From an uncultured Gemmatimonadaceae bacterium (GTDB lineage Bacteria; Gemmatimonadota; Gemmatimonadetes; Gemmatimonadales; Gemmatimonadaceae): 64,000 nt of DNA. Below the pieces are notes generated by a model. That model did no database searches. It was not told where the DNA came from and saw only the letters and a program-made list of their open reading frames with translations. The stretch covers positions 1,408,001 to 1,472,000 of the forward strand of contig CAVXGK010000001.1 in assembly GCA_963761305.1 (NCBI GenBank), written 5' to 3'. Positions 28,404-38,175 of the stretch are shown here, piece after piece. Positions within the stretch are counted from its first letter, which is position 1; every line of letters begins with the position of its first letter. Position numbers and translations under genes: made by a program.

Positions 28404-29428
28404 TCGAATCGCTGATCAAAGCGCAGGCGTACGGGCTCGGCTTCGATCTGGTCGGGATCGCGCGCCTCGGGCCGGCGGAGACCGCGGCGGCGTTTGATAC
28501 GTGGCTCGAGCGCGGTTACGAGGGCGAGATGCACTACATGTCGCGCACCGCCGCCAAGCGCCGCGACTCACGACTGCCCTTCCCCGCGGCGAAGAGCGCG
28601 ATCGTCGTCGGCGTGGACTACGGCGGACGTGAACCATTGGGGCCCGTCGCTCGGTACGCGCGGGGCGAGGACTATCACGACGTGCTGCTCGATCGTCTCC
28701 AGACGCTGCATGGTTGGATCGAGAACACGGTCGGTGCGCGCGTAGCGGGGAAGGCGTACGTCGACACGGGTCCGATTCTCGAGCGCGACCTGGCGCGCCG
28801 CGCGGGACTCGGTTGGTTCGGCAAGAACACGATGCTCATCAATCCGAAGCGCGGGTCGTTCTTTTTCCTGGCCGAACTAGTATTGGATCTCGAGCTCGAG
28901 CCGGACGCGCCGTTCGCGACCGATCATTGCGGAACGTGCCGCCGGTGTCTCGACGCGTGTCCGACCGGCGCGCTGGTCGAGGAGCGCGTGCTCGACTCGA
29001 CGCGGTGCATCTCGTACCTCACGATCGAGCTGAAGGGACAGATCCCGGAAAACCGGCGTGCGGGGATCGGCGAACTGCTCTATGGCTGCGACGTCTGTCA
29101 GGACGTGTGTCCGTGGAACGAAAAGTTCTCGGCGCCGTTGCGCGAGGACGCGTTTCGTCCACGCGCCGCGATCGCCGAGAAGGACGCCCACACACTGGCG
29201 CGGGAGATCCTCGCAACGAGCGATGGGGATTTTCGCACGACGTTCAAGAGTTCGCCGATGAAGCGGGCGAAGTTGAGAGGATTGAAGCGCAACGCGGCCG
29301 TGGTCCTTGGGAACGTCGGCAACCGCGATGATGCCCCGACGCTGACTGCGACGCTCGAGGACTCCGATCCCCTCGTGCGCGAACATGCGGCTTGGGCCCT
29401 GGCCAGAATCTTAGACCAGGTGCCGTAG
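28400..29428 (+). CDS. queG: Epoxyqueuosine reductase
   Basis: ARYARGEDYH, VDTGPILER, AGLGWFGKN, CGTCRRCLDACPTGA, CISYLTIE, GCDVCQDVCPWN. Confidence 0.95.
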   Translation: MIESLIKAQAYGLGFDLVGIARLGPAETAAAFDTWLERGYEGEMHYMSRTAAKRRDSRLPFPAAKSAIVVGVDYGGREPLGPVARYARGEDYHDVLLDRLQTLHGWIENTVGARVAGKAYVDTGPILERDLARRAGLGWFGKNTMLINPKRGSFFFLAELVLDLELEPDAPFATDHCGTCRRCLDACPTGALVEERVLDSTRCISYLTIELKGQIPENRRAGIGELLYGCDVCQDVCPWNEKFSAPLREDAFRPRAAIAEKDAHTLAREILATSDGDFRTTFKSSPMKRAKLRGLKRNAAVVLGNVGNRDDAPTLTATLEDSDPLVREHAAWALARILDQVP

Positions 29429-29631
29429 CAGTCTCCGTCCCGCCGCGACGACGAGGTATTCGACGAGGACGACTCGTGGGCTTACGACGGGCTGAGCGGC
29501 GACGACGATCAATTCGAGATGAGCCGAATTGGAAGCGATGCTGGCGCCGCCGGTGTTCGAGCCGATCGAGCGGTGGCAGCCCTGAAGCGAGACGCCCTCG
29601 TCGTCGCTCGCAACGTTGGACGACCGCGCCG

Positions 29632-30024
29632 CTACGTCCGCTTTGCCGTGAACGTGCCGCTCGCCTGCCCGCCGAGATCGACCGAGCCTTTGAGCGCATC
29701 CTTGCTCTCGATCGTACCGGTGTAGGTCACGGCGATCGCGGTGCCCTGCACGTTCGCCTGCATCGTAAACGAGAACTTTCCGTCCTTCACCGAGCCCTTG
29801 AGCTCCGCCTCGCCGAGTACCTGTGACGAGTAGTGGCCGGTGAGCGAATCACCCTTCTGCGTCAACGTCACGGTCGGCGTGCCGGTCCCGGCATCGGTGT
29901 TGACCGTGAAGAGCCATTTTCCGGTGAGATCGACGCTCGGACTCGCCTGCGCGGCGCTCGTCGACGCGATCGAGGCCGTCGCCAGCACGACAAGGGGCAT
30001 GATCAATCTCAGAATCGATCGCAT
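29632..30024 (-). CDS. Small secreted beta-rich hypothetical protein
   Basis: Signal peptide; DLTGKW...G.FTAKR pattern. Confidence 0.8.
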   Translation of the reverse strand: MRSILRLIMPLVVLATASIASTSAAQASPSVDLTGKWLFTVNTDAGTGTPTVTLTQKGDSLTGHYSSQVLGEAELKGSVKDGKFSFTMQANVQGTAIAVTYTGTIESKDALKGSVDLGGQASGTFTAKRT

Positions 30025-30057
30025 ACGAGAGCTCCGAAAAGGGAAAGGGGTGCCCGG

Positions 30058-31002
30058 TCAACGCATGTCACCCAACAACACCCGCCAGTCCTCGAGATAC
30101 GCCGGCGTCCCGTTTTCCAACCGAGGCGTCACACCGTTTCCGACGACGCTCGGATGATACGGATTGTCGCCGACTTTCCTCGCCGGCTCGAGGGTCAGCA
30201 CGCGAATGTGATCGCCCGGAATGTGCAGCGCCGCGTACGCGCGCTGGATCAGCTCCGCGGTGTTCTCCTTGCGATGAAAGGCGCCGTACCAACGGTCGGG
30301 CGGCGTCGCACCGGGTCCACGCGTGACCCACGGCGCGAGCGTGTGGAAACGCCCGTAGTTATCCCACGGGCTCGAGAAGAGAATCACCCGTGCGACGAGC
30401 GTGCGCTGCGCGATGTACGCGGCCATGCCGGCGCCTTGCGACAGGCCGGACACGGCGATGGCCGTCCAATTCGGCTGTCCGTCCTTGAGGTAGCGCGACC
30501 ATCCTTCGCTCGGGTGATCGCGGTCCAGCGCCGCAAGCAGGGCGCCCAGTCGCGCGGCGATCGACTCGTTCGGTTTGTCGTCGATCAGCGACGTCGCGTC
30601 TTCGCCGAAGATGCGCTTCCGGCGTACTTTCTCCGCGCAACCCGGGTCGGGGTCGCGCGGACAGAGCTGCTGCACGGCGGGCACGTCGTCGTACTCGAGC
30701 CCGATGACGCGGTAGCCCTGACGCGCCGCGAGATCCTCGAACGCCGTCGTGTTGATCGGCCGTCCGTCGGTGCCAGGAAGAAACACGAGCAGCGGCGCGT
30801 CGGTCTTCACGCCACGCGCGTAGACGACGTAGTTGACCGCGTCGAAACGATGCGACGTCGAGTCGACCGCGGACGGCGCGATGCGATAGCGAACGAGGTC
30901 GTCGGTGGCCTCCTGGGCGCTGAGCGACGCGACGAGCGGACCGCCGGCGCAGAACGCCAAGGGAGTCGCACCCACGAATCCGAGTAGCGTGAACGCTCTC
31001 AT
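30058..31002 (-). CDS. Secreted alpha/beta-hydrolase-like protein
   Basis: Signal peptide; LLVFLPGT, GLSQGAG nucleophile elbow, C-terminal His. Confidence 0.75.
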   Translation of the reverse strand: MRAFTLLGFVGATPLAFCAGGPLVASLSAQEATDDLVRYRIAPSAVDSTSHRFDAVNYVVYARGVKTDAPLLVFLPGTDGRPINTTAFEDLAARQGYRVIGLEYDDVPAVQQLCPRDPDPGCAEKVRRKRIFGEDATSLIDDKPNESIAARLGALLAALDRDHPSEGWSRYLKDGQPNWTAIAVSGLSQGAGMAAYIAQRTLVARVILFSSPWDNYGRFHTLAPWVTRGPGATPPDRWYGAFHRKENTAELIQRAYAALHIPGDHIRVLTLEPARKVGDNPYHPSVVGNGVTPRLENGTPAYLEDWRVLLGDMR

Positions 31003-31148
31003 GCGCTCGAATCTGATTCGTCACGGCGCGGCCGGGGAGGGGTCCACTCGCTTGCGCGTCGTAGAGGGTTGCACGCTGACGCAGATTTGTCCCGTCGCGC
31101 GATTCTAGCCCGCGCGGGAACCGATCAGCCCTTTCAGCATTCGCCAAC

Positions 31149-32189
31149 GTGAATCCCTCCATCGAGCTCGGCCTCGATACTTTCGGCGACGTCACGCGCG
31201 GAGCGGACGGCAAGCCCGTGTCGCACGCGCAGGCCATTCGCGACGTGATCGACGAAGCCGTGCTCGCCGACGAGGTCGGTGCGGATTTCATCGGCGTCGG
31301 CGAGCATCATCGCGACGATTTCTCCATCTCGGCGCCCGAAGTCGTTCTCGCCGCGATCGCGGGGCGCACGCGCCGCATCAAACTCGGATCGGCCGTGACG
31401 GTGCTCAGCTCCGACGATCCGGTGCGCGTCTTCGAGCGTTTCGCCACGCTCGACGCCGCCTCCAACGGCCGCGCCGAGGTGATCCTCGGCCGCGGATCGT
31501 TCACCGAGTCGTTTCCGCTCTTCGGCTATCCGCTCTCGCAGTACGAGGTGCTGTTCGAGGAGAAGCTGGAGCTGTTCGCGGCGCTCCTCGAGTACGATCG
31601 CACGGGCGAACCGGTGAATTGGCAGGGCTCGACGCGCGCGTCGCTCGAAAAGACCCGCGTGTTTCCGACGACGGAGCGCGGTCTCAAGGTGTGGATCGGC
31701 GTGGGAGGAAGCCCGGAATCGGTGGTTCGCGCGGCCCGCTATCGGCTTCCGCTCACCCTGGCGATCATCGGCGGTGATCCGAAGCGCTTCAAGCCGTTCG
31801 TGACGTTGTATAAACAGGCGCTCACACAAATGAACACGACGATGCTGCCGATCGGCGTCCACTCACCGGGTCACATCGCGGACACCGACGAGCAAGCGCG
31901 CGAGGAGATGTGGCCGGCGTTCAAGGCGATGCACGACCGCATCGGCGCCGAGCGCGGCTGGGGGCCGATCAGCCGCTCGCAGTTCGATCAGGAAGTCGAA
32001 CGCGGCTCGCTGTACGTCGGATCGCCGGAGACCGTCGCGCACAAGATCGCCGCGACGGCGCGCGCGCTCGAGATCGAACGGTTCGACATGAAGTACAGCG
32101 CGGGTGCGCTGGCGCACGACAAGATGATGCGCAGCATCGAGCTGTATGGGCGTTCGGTGATTCCGCGAGTGCGCGAGCTGCTGCGGTAG
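31149..32189 (+). CDS. LLM class flavin-dependent oxidoreductase
   Basis: GVGEHH, SAVTVLSSDDPVRVF, GRGSFTESFPLFG. Confidence 0.92.
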   Translation: MNPSIELGLDTFGDVTRGADGKPVSHAQAIRDVIDEAVLADEVGADFIGVGEHHRDDFSISAPEVVLAAIAGRTRRIKLGSAVTVLSSDDPVRVFERFATLDAASNGRAEVILGRGSFTESFPLFGYPLSQYEVLFEEKLELFAALLEYDRTGEPVNWQGSTRASLEKTRVFPTTERGLKVWIGVGGSPESVVRAARYRLPLTLAIIGGDPKRFKPFVTLYKQALTQMNTTMLPIGVHSPGHIADTDEQAREEMWPAFKAMHDRIGAERGWGPISRSQFDQEVERGSLYVGSPETVAHKIAATARALEIERFDMKYSAGALAHDKMMRSIELYGRSVIPRVRELLR

Positions 32190-32217
32190 GCATTTGACGG
32201 CGAACCGCTGGCGAAGC

Positions 32218-33624
32218 ATGCTAGGCTCGGAGGGTGAGCCACTGCCGCTGAGCCAGACGGACACGCGCGACACAACCGGTCAGTTACCGCGCTCGCTCGG
32301 AGTCGTGAGCACCGCGGGACTCCTGGTCGGAATCACGATCGGCAGCGGCATCTTTCGCGTACCGAGCATCGTGGCGGGAGAGCTCGGCTCGGTCGGCGGC
32401 GTCACGCTCGTGTGGCTCGCCGGTGCCGCCATTTCGCTCGCCGGCGCGCTGACGCTCGTCGGGTTGGTGTCGGCGCTTCCCAGTACGGGCGGCGCATACG
32501 TCTACATCCGCGAGGGATTCGGTCCCCTCGCCGCGTTTCTATACGGATGGATCAAGCTGATCGTAACGGGACCCGCCGCCGTCGCGGCGGTCGCGCTGAT
32601 CTTCGCCGAATACGCGCGGGCGTTCACGCCGCTGAGCGACCGCCAGGTACAAGTCGTGGCCGCCGCACTCTTGGTCGTGCTCACCGTGGCGAACATCCGC
32701 TCGGTGCATTGGAGTGCCTGGCTGCAAAACGCGTCGACGATCACCAAGGTCATCGCGTTGGCCGCGCTCGCGGTGTTGATCTTCGGCCTGGGAAATTCGG
32801 CGCACGGAACGTTTGCACAGCCCGTCGCGTGGGGCGGATTCACCGCCGGCGGCTTCTGGACGGCGCTGATCTCCGTGCTCTGGACCTATACGGGCTGGGT
32901 CGACATCACGTACGTCGCCGGTGAAGTGCGCGATCCGAGCACGACGTATCCGCGCTCGCTTCTCGCCGGCATGGCGATCATCGTCTTCGTCTACCTGGCG
33001 ATCAACGCGGCGTATCTCTACGTACTGCCGCTGCCGGCGATGGCAACGTCGACGCTCGTCGCCGCGACGGCCGCCGAGCGCGCGATCGGAACGCACGCCG
33101 CGACGTTCGTCGCCCTGCTGGTGATGATCTCGACATTCGGTTCGCTCAACGGCTCGATTCTCACCAGCCCCCGCGTGTATTTTGCGCTCGCCGACGACGG
33201 CCTGTTCTTCCGTTCGGTCGCCGCGGTGCACCCGCGCTACCGCACGCCCTATGTCGCGCTCCTCGTCTATATGGTCCTGGGCCTGGCAGGCATCGCCACG
33301 CGCACCTTCGAGCAGTTGGCCGAGTTGTTCGTGCTCGGCATCTGGCCGTTCTACGCGCTCTCGGTGGCGGCCGTGTTCCTGATGCCGCGCCGCCGGCCCG
33401 AGCTCGCCCCACTCTGCCGCGGCTGGGGTTACCCGGTGCTGCCGATCGCGTTCCTCATTGTGTCCGTCGCGATGCTCGCCAATGGACTGGTGCACCGCCC
33501 GTTCGAGACGGCGCTCAGCCTCGGGATCATTCTCGTCGGCGTGCCTGTGTACTTCGCGTGGCAGGCGATGAAGACTCGAGGCGCGCTCGCGCGGGCCGCC
33601 GTAGTGGATTCGTCCGAGCGATGA
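32218..33624 (+). CDS. APC family amino acid permease
   Basis: IGSGIF, GGAYVY, WTYTGW, VHPRYRTP, about 12 TMs; start uncertain. Confidence 0.9.
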   Translation: MLGSEGEPLPLSQTDTRDTTGQLPRSLGVVSTAGLLVGITIGSGIFRVPSIVAGELGSVGGVTLVWLAGAAISLAGALTLVGLVSALPSTGGAYVYIREGFGPLAAFLYGWIKLIVTGPAAVAAVALIFAEYARAFTPLSDRQVQVVAAALLVVLTVANIRSVHWSAWLQNASTITKVIALAALAVLIFGLGNSAHGTFAQPVAWGGFTAGGFWTALISVLWTYTGWVDITYVAGEVRDPSTTYPRSLLAGMAIIVFVYLAINAAYLYVLPLPAMATSTLVAATAAERAIGTHAATFVALLVMISTFGSLNGSILTSPRVYFALADDGLFFRSVAAVHPRYRTPYVALLVYMVLGLAGIATRTFEQLAELFVLGIWPFYALSVAAVFLMPRRRPELAPLCRGWGYPVLPIAFLIVSVAMLANGLVHRPFETALSLGIILVGVPVYFAWQAMKTRGALARAAVVDSSER

Positions 33625-34790
33625 TCCACTTCGTCGTCGGTGAACCGGGAAGCTTCTCGATTCGATTCTATTTGGACGAGGAAGGCCGCGGACTGCGCGA
33701 CCGCATGCGAGTCGTTTCGTACGACGAGCTGTCCCGGCTCGACCGGTTGCCGCTCGGCACGTGGGTGTTCACGGAGCTCGATCGCTTCAGCGACGCGCGG
33801 GGCGAGCTGGCGAATCTCGCCTGCGACCGCCTCTCGGCCGCCGGCGGCGACGTCCGCGTCATGAACCGGCCGCAATGCGTTCTGTTGCGGCTCGATTTGC
33901 TGCGCGCCGCTCACGCCGCGGGCCTCAACCGTTTTCGCGCCTGGCCGGCGACCGGAGTCGTGCTCCGCCCGAACGCGCGCGTCGCGCCCGGCGATGCCGA
34001 CGCGATCGCCGCCGCGTCGCTTCGCTATCCGGTGTTTGTCCGCCAGGCGAACCGGCACACGGGCAACCTGACACCCCTGCTCGATTCGCCGAAGCAGCTG
34101 GAGCGGGCCATGGCGTCGCTCATGGCGTCGCGCATTCGTATCGACGAACTCCTCGTCGTCGAGTTCTGCGACACGAAAGACGCGCACGGCGTGTACCGAA
34201 AATGCTCGGCGTACAAGATCGGCGACCGCGTCATGCCGCGGTACCTGGAATGCAGCCGCGATTGGATGGTGAAGTGGGACGCGCGGATCTTCGACCGCGA
34301 GCGCGCCGACGAGGAGACGCGCTACCTGGAGACGAATCCGCACGACGCGTGGATCCGCGAGATTTTCCGCGTCGCGCGGGTCGACTACGGCCGCATCGAT
34401 TACGGCGTCCTCGATGGCGAGCCGCAGGTCTGGGAGATCAACACGAATCCCACGATCGGCCGCGGACCCGGTCCCAAGGTACAGCAGGCCCCGGACGTCG
34501 TCGCGTACAAAGCGATGATGGCGCCGGCGTTCCGCGCGTTTTATGAGAAGTTTGAAGACGCGTGGCGGGCCGTGGACAGCGCGGCCGATCCGGCGGCCGG
34601 CATCGCTCTGAACGCGCCGCCGGCGCTATTGCGTGCGCTGGCGAACGAAGCGAAACGGCAACGCCGAACCCGCCAGGTCGGCTCGCTCGTGAACGCGATC
34701 GCGCGACAGCCGTGGGTGCGGCCGATGACGCATCTCGTGAAACGCGGACTGGCAACGGTAGCGGCAACGCGACTCCGCCGCGGACGGTAG
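33621..34790 (+). CDS. ATP-grasp-like protein
   Basis: YPVFVR..N.H.G, VVEF, DYGRIDY...WEINTNP; ATGA overlap with permease. Confidence 0.65.
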   Translation: MIHFVVGEPGSFSIRFYLDEEGRGLRDRMRVVSYDELSRLDRLPLGTWVFTELDRFSDARGELANLACDRLSAAGGDVRVMNRPQCVLLRLDLLRAAHAAGLNRFRAWPATGVVLRPNARVAPGDADAIAAASLRYPVFVRQANRHTGNLTPLLDSPKQLERAMASLMASRIRIDELLVVEFCDTKDAHGVYRKCSAYKIGDRVMPRYLECSRDWMVKWDARIFDRERADEETRYLETNPHDAWIREIFRVARVDYGRIDYGVLDGEPQVWEINTNPTIGRGPGPKVQQAPDVVAYKAMMAPAFRAFYEKFEDAWRAVDSAADPAAGIALNAPPALLRALANEAKRQRRTRQVGSLVNAIARQPWVRPMTHLVKRGLATVAATRLRRGR

Positions 34791-35013
34791 ACCCCCGACG
34801 AGCCTCAGCCCGTCATTCATCGCCCCGAGTGCGTTTTTCGGACGGCGGCCGGGCTCATTGGATCAAGGTCCCTCTGCATCATCGCCGAAGCAGCGGCCGA
34901 TGTGCGCCCTCCTCTTGCTTAAGTGTGATGCGGCATATGGAAGGCGATGACTCGCGACCGCGAGGCGACCTCGAGGCGCCGCGCGGCTGAAAATCTGTTG
35001 GACGGGTAGGGAG

Positions 35014-36252
35014 ATGACGACCTCGTTGATCGACAGCGTGAAGAACTTGGCCACCCCGGATCTCTGCTCGCGCCTCGCGTCGAGTCTGGGCGAGCCCGTG
35101 CACGGCGTCACGAGCGGCTTGACCGGTGGCCTGAGCTCGATGCTCCTGGGCCTCGTGGGCAAGACCGGCGATCCGGCGGCGATGCGATCGGTGTTCAACA
35201 CCGTGACCGACCCCGCCAACGACGGTCAACTGCTCGACAATCCGGCGGCGCTCGTCGGCGCTCCGGAAGGGCCGGCGTCGTCGCTCGGCGGCCAGTTCCT
35301 CTCGAACATCTTCGGTGGGCGCGCCTCCGCGGTGAACGACATCCTCGCCCGGGGCAGCGGACTGCGCCTCGCCTCGGTGTCGTCGCTCATGCGACTCGCT
35401 TCGCCGCTTCTCCTCGGCGTTCTCGGCCGCCGCGTGCGAGACGAAGGATTGAATGCGGGTTCTCTCACGAAAATGCTCGTCGACGAGCGCGAGGGCATCG
35501 AACGCGCGGCGCCAGCCGGCGTCGCCGACGCGCTCGGCCTGCACGAGCCCTCGGTTCCCGTGTACAGCGAGCAGGAGGCGCGGAACGAAGTGCCGCCGCG
35601 CGAACGCCCGCGGGTCTACGCGCCCGAGGAGCAGCCGAGCGGCATTCGCTGGCTGTGGCCCGCGCTGGTCGCCCTCGCCGCCATCGCGCTCTTCCTTGGC
35701 ACGCGCGCGAAGCATCGCGCTCCGACGCCCGTGGCCGACACGACCACCGCGCCGGCCGCTCGGACGTCCGGCGGCGAAATCGCGCCGTTGGCATCCGGCA
35801 TTCAGCAAGTCCGGCTTCCGAACGGCATCGTCATCTCGGTTCCGGGCACCAGCGCCGAAACGAAGCTCGTCGCCTTCCTGAACGACTCGACGCGAAGCGC
35901 CGACGATACGTCGTGGATCGTGCTCGACCGCATCCACTTCGCGAGCAATTCCGCGCAGCTCGATCCCGACGCCGAAGCCCAGGCGAAGAACATCGGCGAA
36001 ATATTGAAGGCGTATCCGAACGCCAACGTGCGGCTCGGTGGCTTCACCGACAGCACCGGGAGCGTCGCCGCCAACATGCACTTATCGCACAGCCGCGCGG
36101 ACGCCGCGCAAAACGAGATCGAGCACGACGGCATCGAAGCGGCGCGTGTTCCGGCCGAGGGCTACGGCCCGAAGGATCCGGTGGCGGACAACTCGACGGA
36201 CGACGGCAAAGCGCAGAATCGCCGCGTCGCGCTGCTGGTGGTCAAAAAATAG
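35014..36252 (+). CDS. DUF937-like N-terminus + TM + OmpA-like peptidoglycan-binding domain
   Basis: GGFTDSTG...N..LS..RA, GYG, NRRV; helical N-terminal region, one TM. Confidence 0.88.
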   Translation: MTTSLIDSVKNLATPDLCSRLASSLGEPVHGVTSGLTGGLSSMLLGLVGKTGDPAAMRSVFNTVTDPANDGQLLDNPAALVGAPEGPASSLGGQFLSNIFGGRASAVNDILARGSGLRLASVSSLMRLASPLLLGVLGRRVRDEGLNAGSLTKMLVDEREGIERAAPAGVADALGLHEPSVPVYSEQEARNEVPPRERPRVYAPEEQPSGIRWLWPALVALAAIALFLGTRAKHRAPTPVADTTTAPAARTSGGEIAPLASGIQQVRLPNGIVISVPGTSAETKLVAFLNDSTRSADDTSWIVLDRIHFASNSAQLDPDAEAQAKNIGEILKAYPNANVRLGGFTDSTGSVAANMHLSHSRADAAQNEIEHDGIEAARVPAEGYGPKDPVADNSTDDGKAQNRRVALLVVKK

Positions 36253-36370
36253 GTGGGCAGGTGGACGGGCAGGCGGCTGGACGGATGAACAGCGAAAGGG
36301 GCGCAGCGAGGCGGCCGACAACGGCCGCCTCGCCGCGTTTTCGGACCGAGCCCCTTGCGCCGCGTCGATT

Positions 36371-36389
36371 TGTTCTACATAATAAAACA
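36371..36389 (+). promoter_or_regulatory. Imperfect palindrome overlapping padR start (candidate operator)
   Basis: TGTTCTA-CATAA-TAAAACA, AT-rich, contains CATAAT. Confidence 0.4.
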
Positions 36390-36724
36390 TGACGCCGCCC
36401 ACCCTCGGATCGCTCGAGCTCACCGTCCTCCTCGCCGTCGCGCGGATCGGCGAGGGCGCGCACGGTCTCGCGATTCGCCGCGACGTCTCGTCGCGCACGA
36501 AGCACGACTATTCCGTCGGCGCCGTCTACACCACGCTCCAGCGGCTCGAGACAAAAGGGTTCGTCTCCTCGCGAACGACCGATCCGCTGCCCGTGCGCGG
36601 CGGCCGCTCTCGCCGTGAATTCAAGCTGACCGCGAGCGGCCGGCGCGCGCTGCGCCAGGCCGAACGCGTGGCCGCGTCGGTGTGGGCCGGCATCGGCACC
36701 ACCATATCACCGGAGCGCGCATGA
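36389..36724 (+). CDS. PadR family transcriptional regulator
   Basis: LGSLELTVLLAV, GAVYTTLQRLETKG, GGRSRR.F.LT. Confidence 0.9.
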   Translation: MTPPTLGSLELTVLLAVARIGEGAHGLAIRRDVSSRTKHDYSVGAVYTTLQRLETKGFVSSRTTDPLPVRGGRSRREFKLTASGRRALRQAERVAASVWAGIGTTISPERA

Positions 36725-37362
36725 CTGCCCCGCCACGCACCATCGAACGACTTCTCGCCGGGCTGGGCGCCAAGCCCGACTTCCGCAACGCGGTGCTCGG
36801 CGATCTGGCCGAGGAGTTCGCCTCTCGGGTCGAGGCGGACGGGATCGAGAGCGCCACGCGTTGGTATCGGCGCGAAGCCGTACGCGCCGTGCCGCACCTG
36901 CTTCGCTCGTGGCTCCGTGGGGCTCGCCTCGGCGACATCGGTCATATCGCGGGCGTGATCGCCACCGCGTATACGGGGATGGCCGTCATCCTCCTCATTC
37001 TGGGAGGAGTGACTATGGGCGTCGTTCGAGCGGTGGGCTACCAGGGGCCTCTGGTTCCGTTGTCGATCGTGGAATCGACCGGGGTTCTGAGCTGCCTGAT
37101 GTTATTCAGCCTCGTCTTGGGAGCGTTGGCCGGCTACTTGGCAGCGTGGCTGGACTCGAGGGCGCCTCTAGTTACGGCGGCGGCATTCGGTGCAGGCATC
37201 CTGCTCGTGCAGTTTGTGGTGCGACACGTATTCGCCGGACCAATGCTGATGCCGTATCCCACGTGGTACCTCATGGGCGTGCCGCTCATGGGGTTCATCG
37301 GGACGATCCTCGGCGGCATTCTTCGCGTTCGCGCGTCGGGACCCGCGAGCGTGGCGACATAG
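36721..37362 (+). CDS. Membrane protein with permease-prefix-like N-terminus (PadR partner)
   Basis: VLGDLAEEF...A.RWYRRE, four TMs; ATGA overlap with padR. Confidence 0.8.
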   Translation: MTAPPRTIERLLAGLGAKPDFRNAVLGDLAEEFASRVEADGIESATRWYRREAVRAVPHLLRSWLRGARLGDIGHIAGVIATAYTGMAVILLILGGVTMGVVRAVGYQGPLVPLSIVESTGVLSCLMLFSLVLGALAGYLAAWLDSRAPLVTAAAFGAGILLVQFVVRHVFAGPMLMPYPTWYLMGVPLMGFIGTILGGILRVRASGPASVAT

Positions 37363-37564
37363 ACCCTCCGCTGGGCCTGTGGACATAGACCGCCGTTCCG
37401 AGCACGCGTCGTGGCATCTCCCTCACGACGGCGGCACGTCGCTCGAACGCAGCGTCGCAGCGACCACGGCCAGGTGGCGGCGACCACTGGTCAGCCGACT
37501 CTCACCCTCGACCACTTCATTCCGACCAGGAGCGAGTTGATCCGGAGCGCGGTGCACGACGACG

Positions 37565-38021
37565 CCGAACATCGGCTAGGCGAGCGGTCGGGTGGTTCCA
37601 GGCGACTCCGAACATCGGCCACCCGACCGGTCACGTGGATCCACGCGACTCCGAACATCGGCCACCCGACCGGTCACGGGGATCCAGACCACTCCGAACA
37701 TCGGCCACGCGATCGGTCAGGTGGATCCGGACCACTCCGGACATCGGCCACGCGACCGATCACGTGGATCCACGCGACTCCGAACATCGGCCACCCGACC
37801 GGTCGGTGGATCCAGACCACTCCGCACATCGGCCACCCGACCGGTCACGTGGATCCACGCGACTCCGAACATCGGCCACCTGACCGGTCACCTGGATGCA
37901 GGCCACCCGAAACATCGGCCCCCCGACCGGTCACGTGGATCCACGCCACCCCGAACATCGGCCACCCGACCGGTCACGTCGGCCACCCGACCGGTCGGTG
38001 GATCCAGGCGACTCCGAACAT
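37565..38021. repeat. 43-bp tandem repeat array, 10 units plus a truncated 11th
   Basis: Consensus CCGAACATCGGCCACCCGACCGGTCACGTGGATCCACGCGACT; units start at 37565, 37608, 37651, 37694, 37737, 37780, 37822, 37865, 37908, 37951, 38014. Confidence 0.95.
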
Positions 38022-38175
38022 TGCGCACGCGGCTGAGCCAACCTGCCACTCCATCTCGAACACTGATCGCGTCACCGCCACCGCGGATCAGCACACCCCG
38101 AACGCCGGCCGCGAAATGCTTCTGGTCATCACGATCGGTGAGGTTGTGCGGCCGGCCGTGGTACGACACGGCGCA

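Noticed and set aside
34895..34925. Possible sigma54 promoter upstream of the OmpA-domain gene (…CGCCCTCCTCTTGC)
   Set aside because: The -12 TTGC is present but the -24 position reads CG, not GG.
36253..36295. Short degenerate repeats after the OmpA-domain gene and near 53720
   Set aside because: Too short and degenerate to support a function.
37565..38021. CRISPR array interpretation of the 43-bp repeats
   Set aside because: Units are contiguous with no unique spacers, and there are no cas genes or AT-rich leader in the window.
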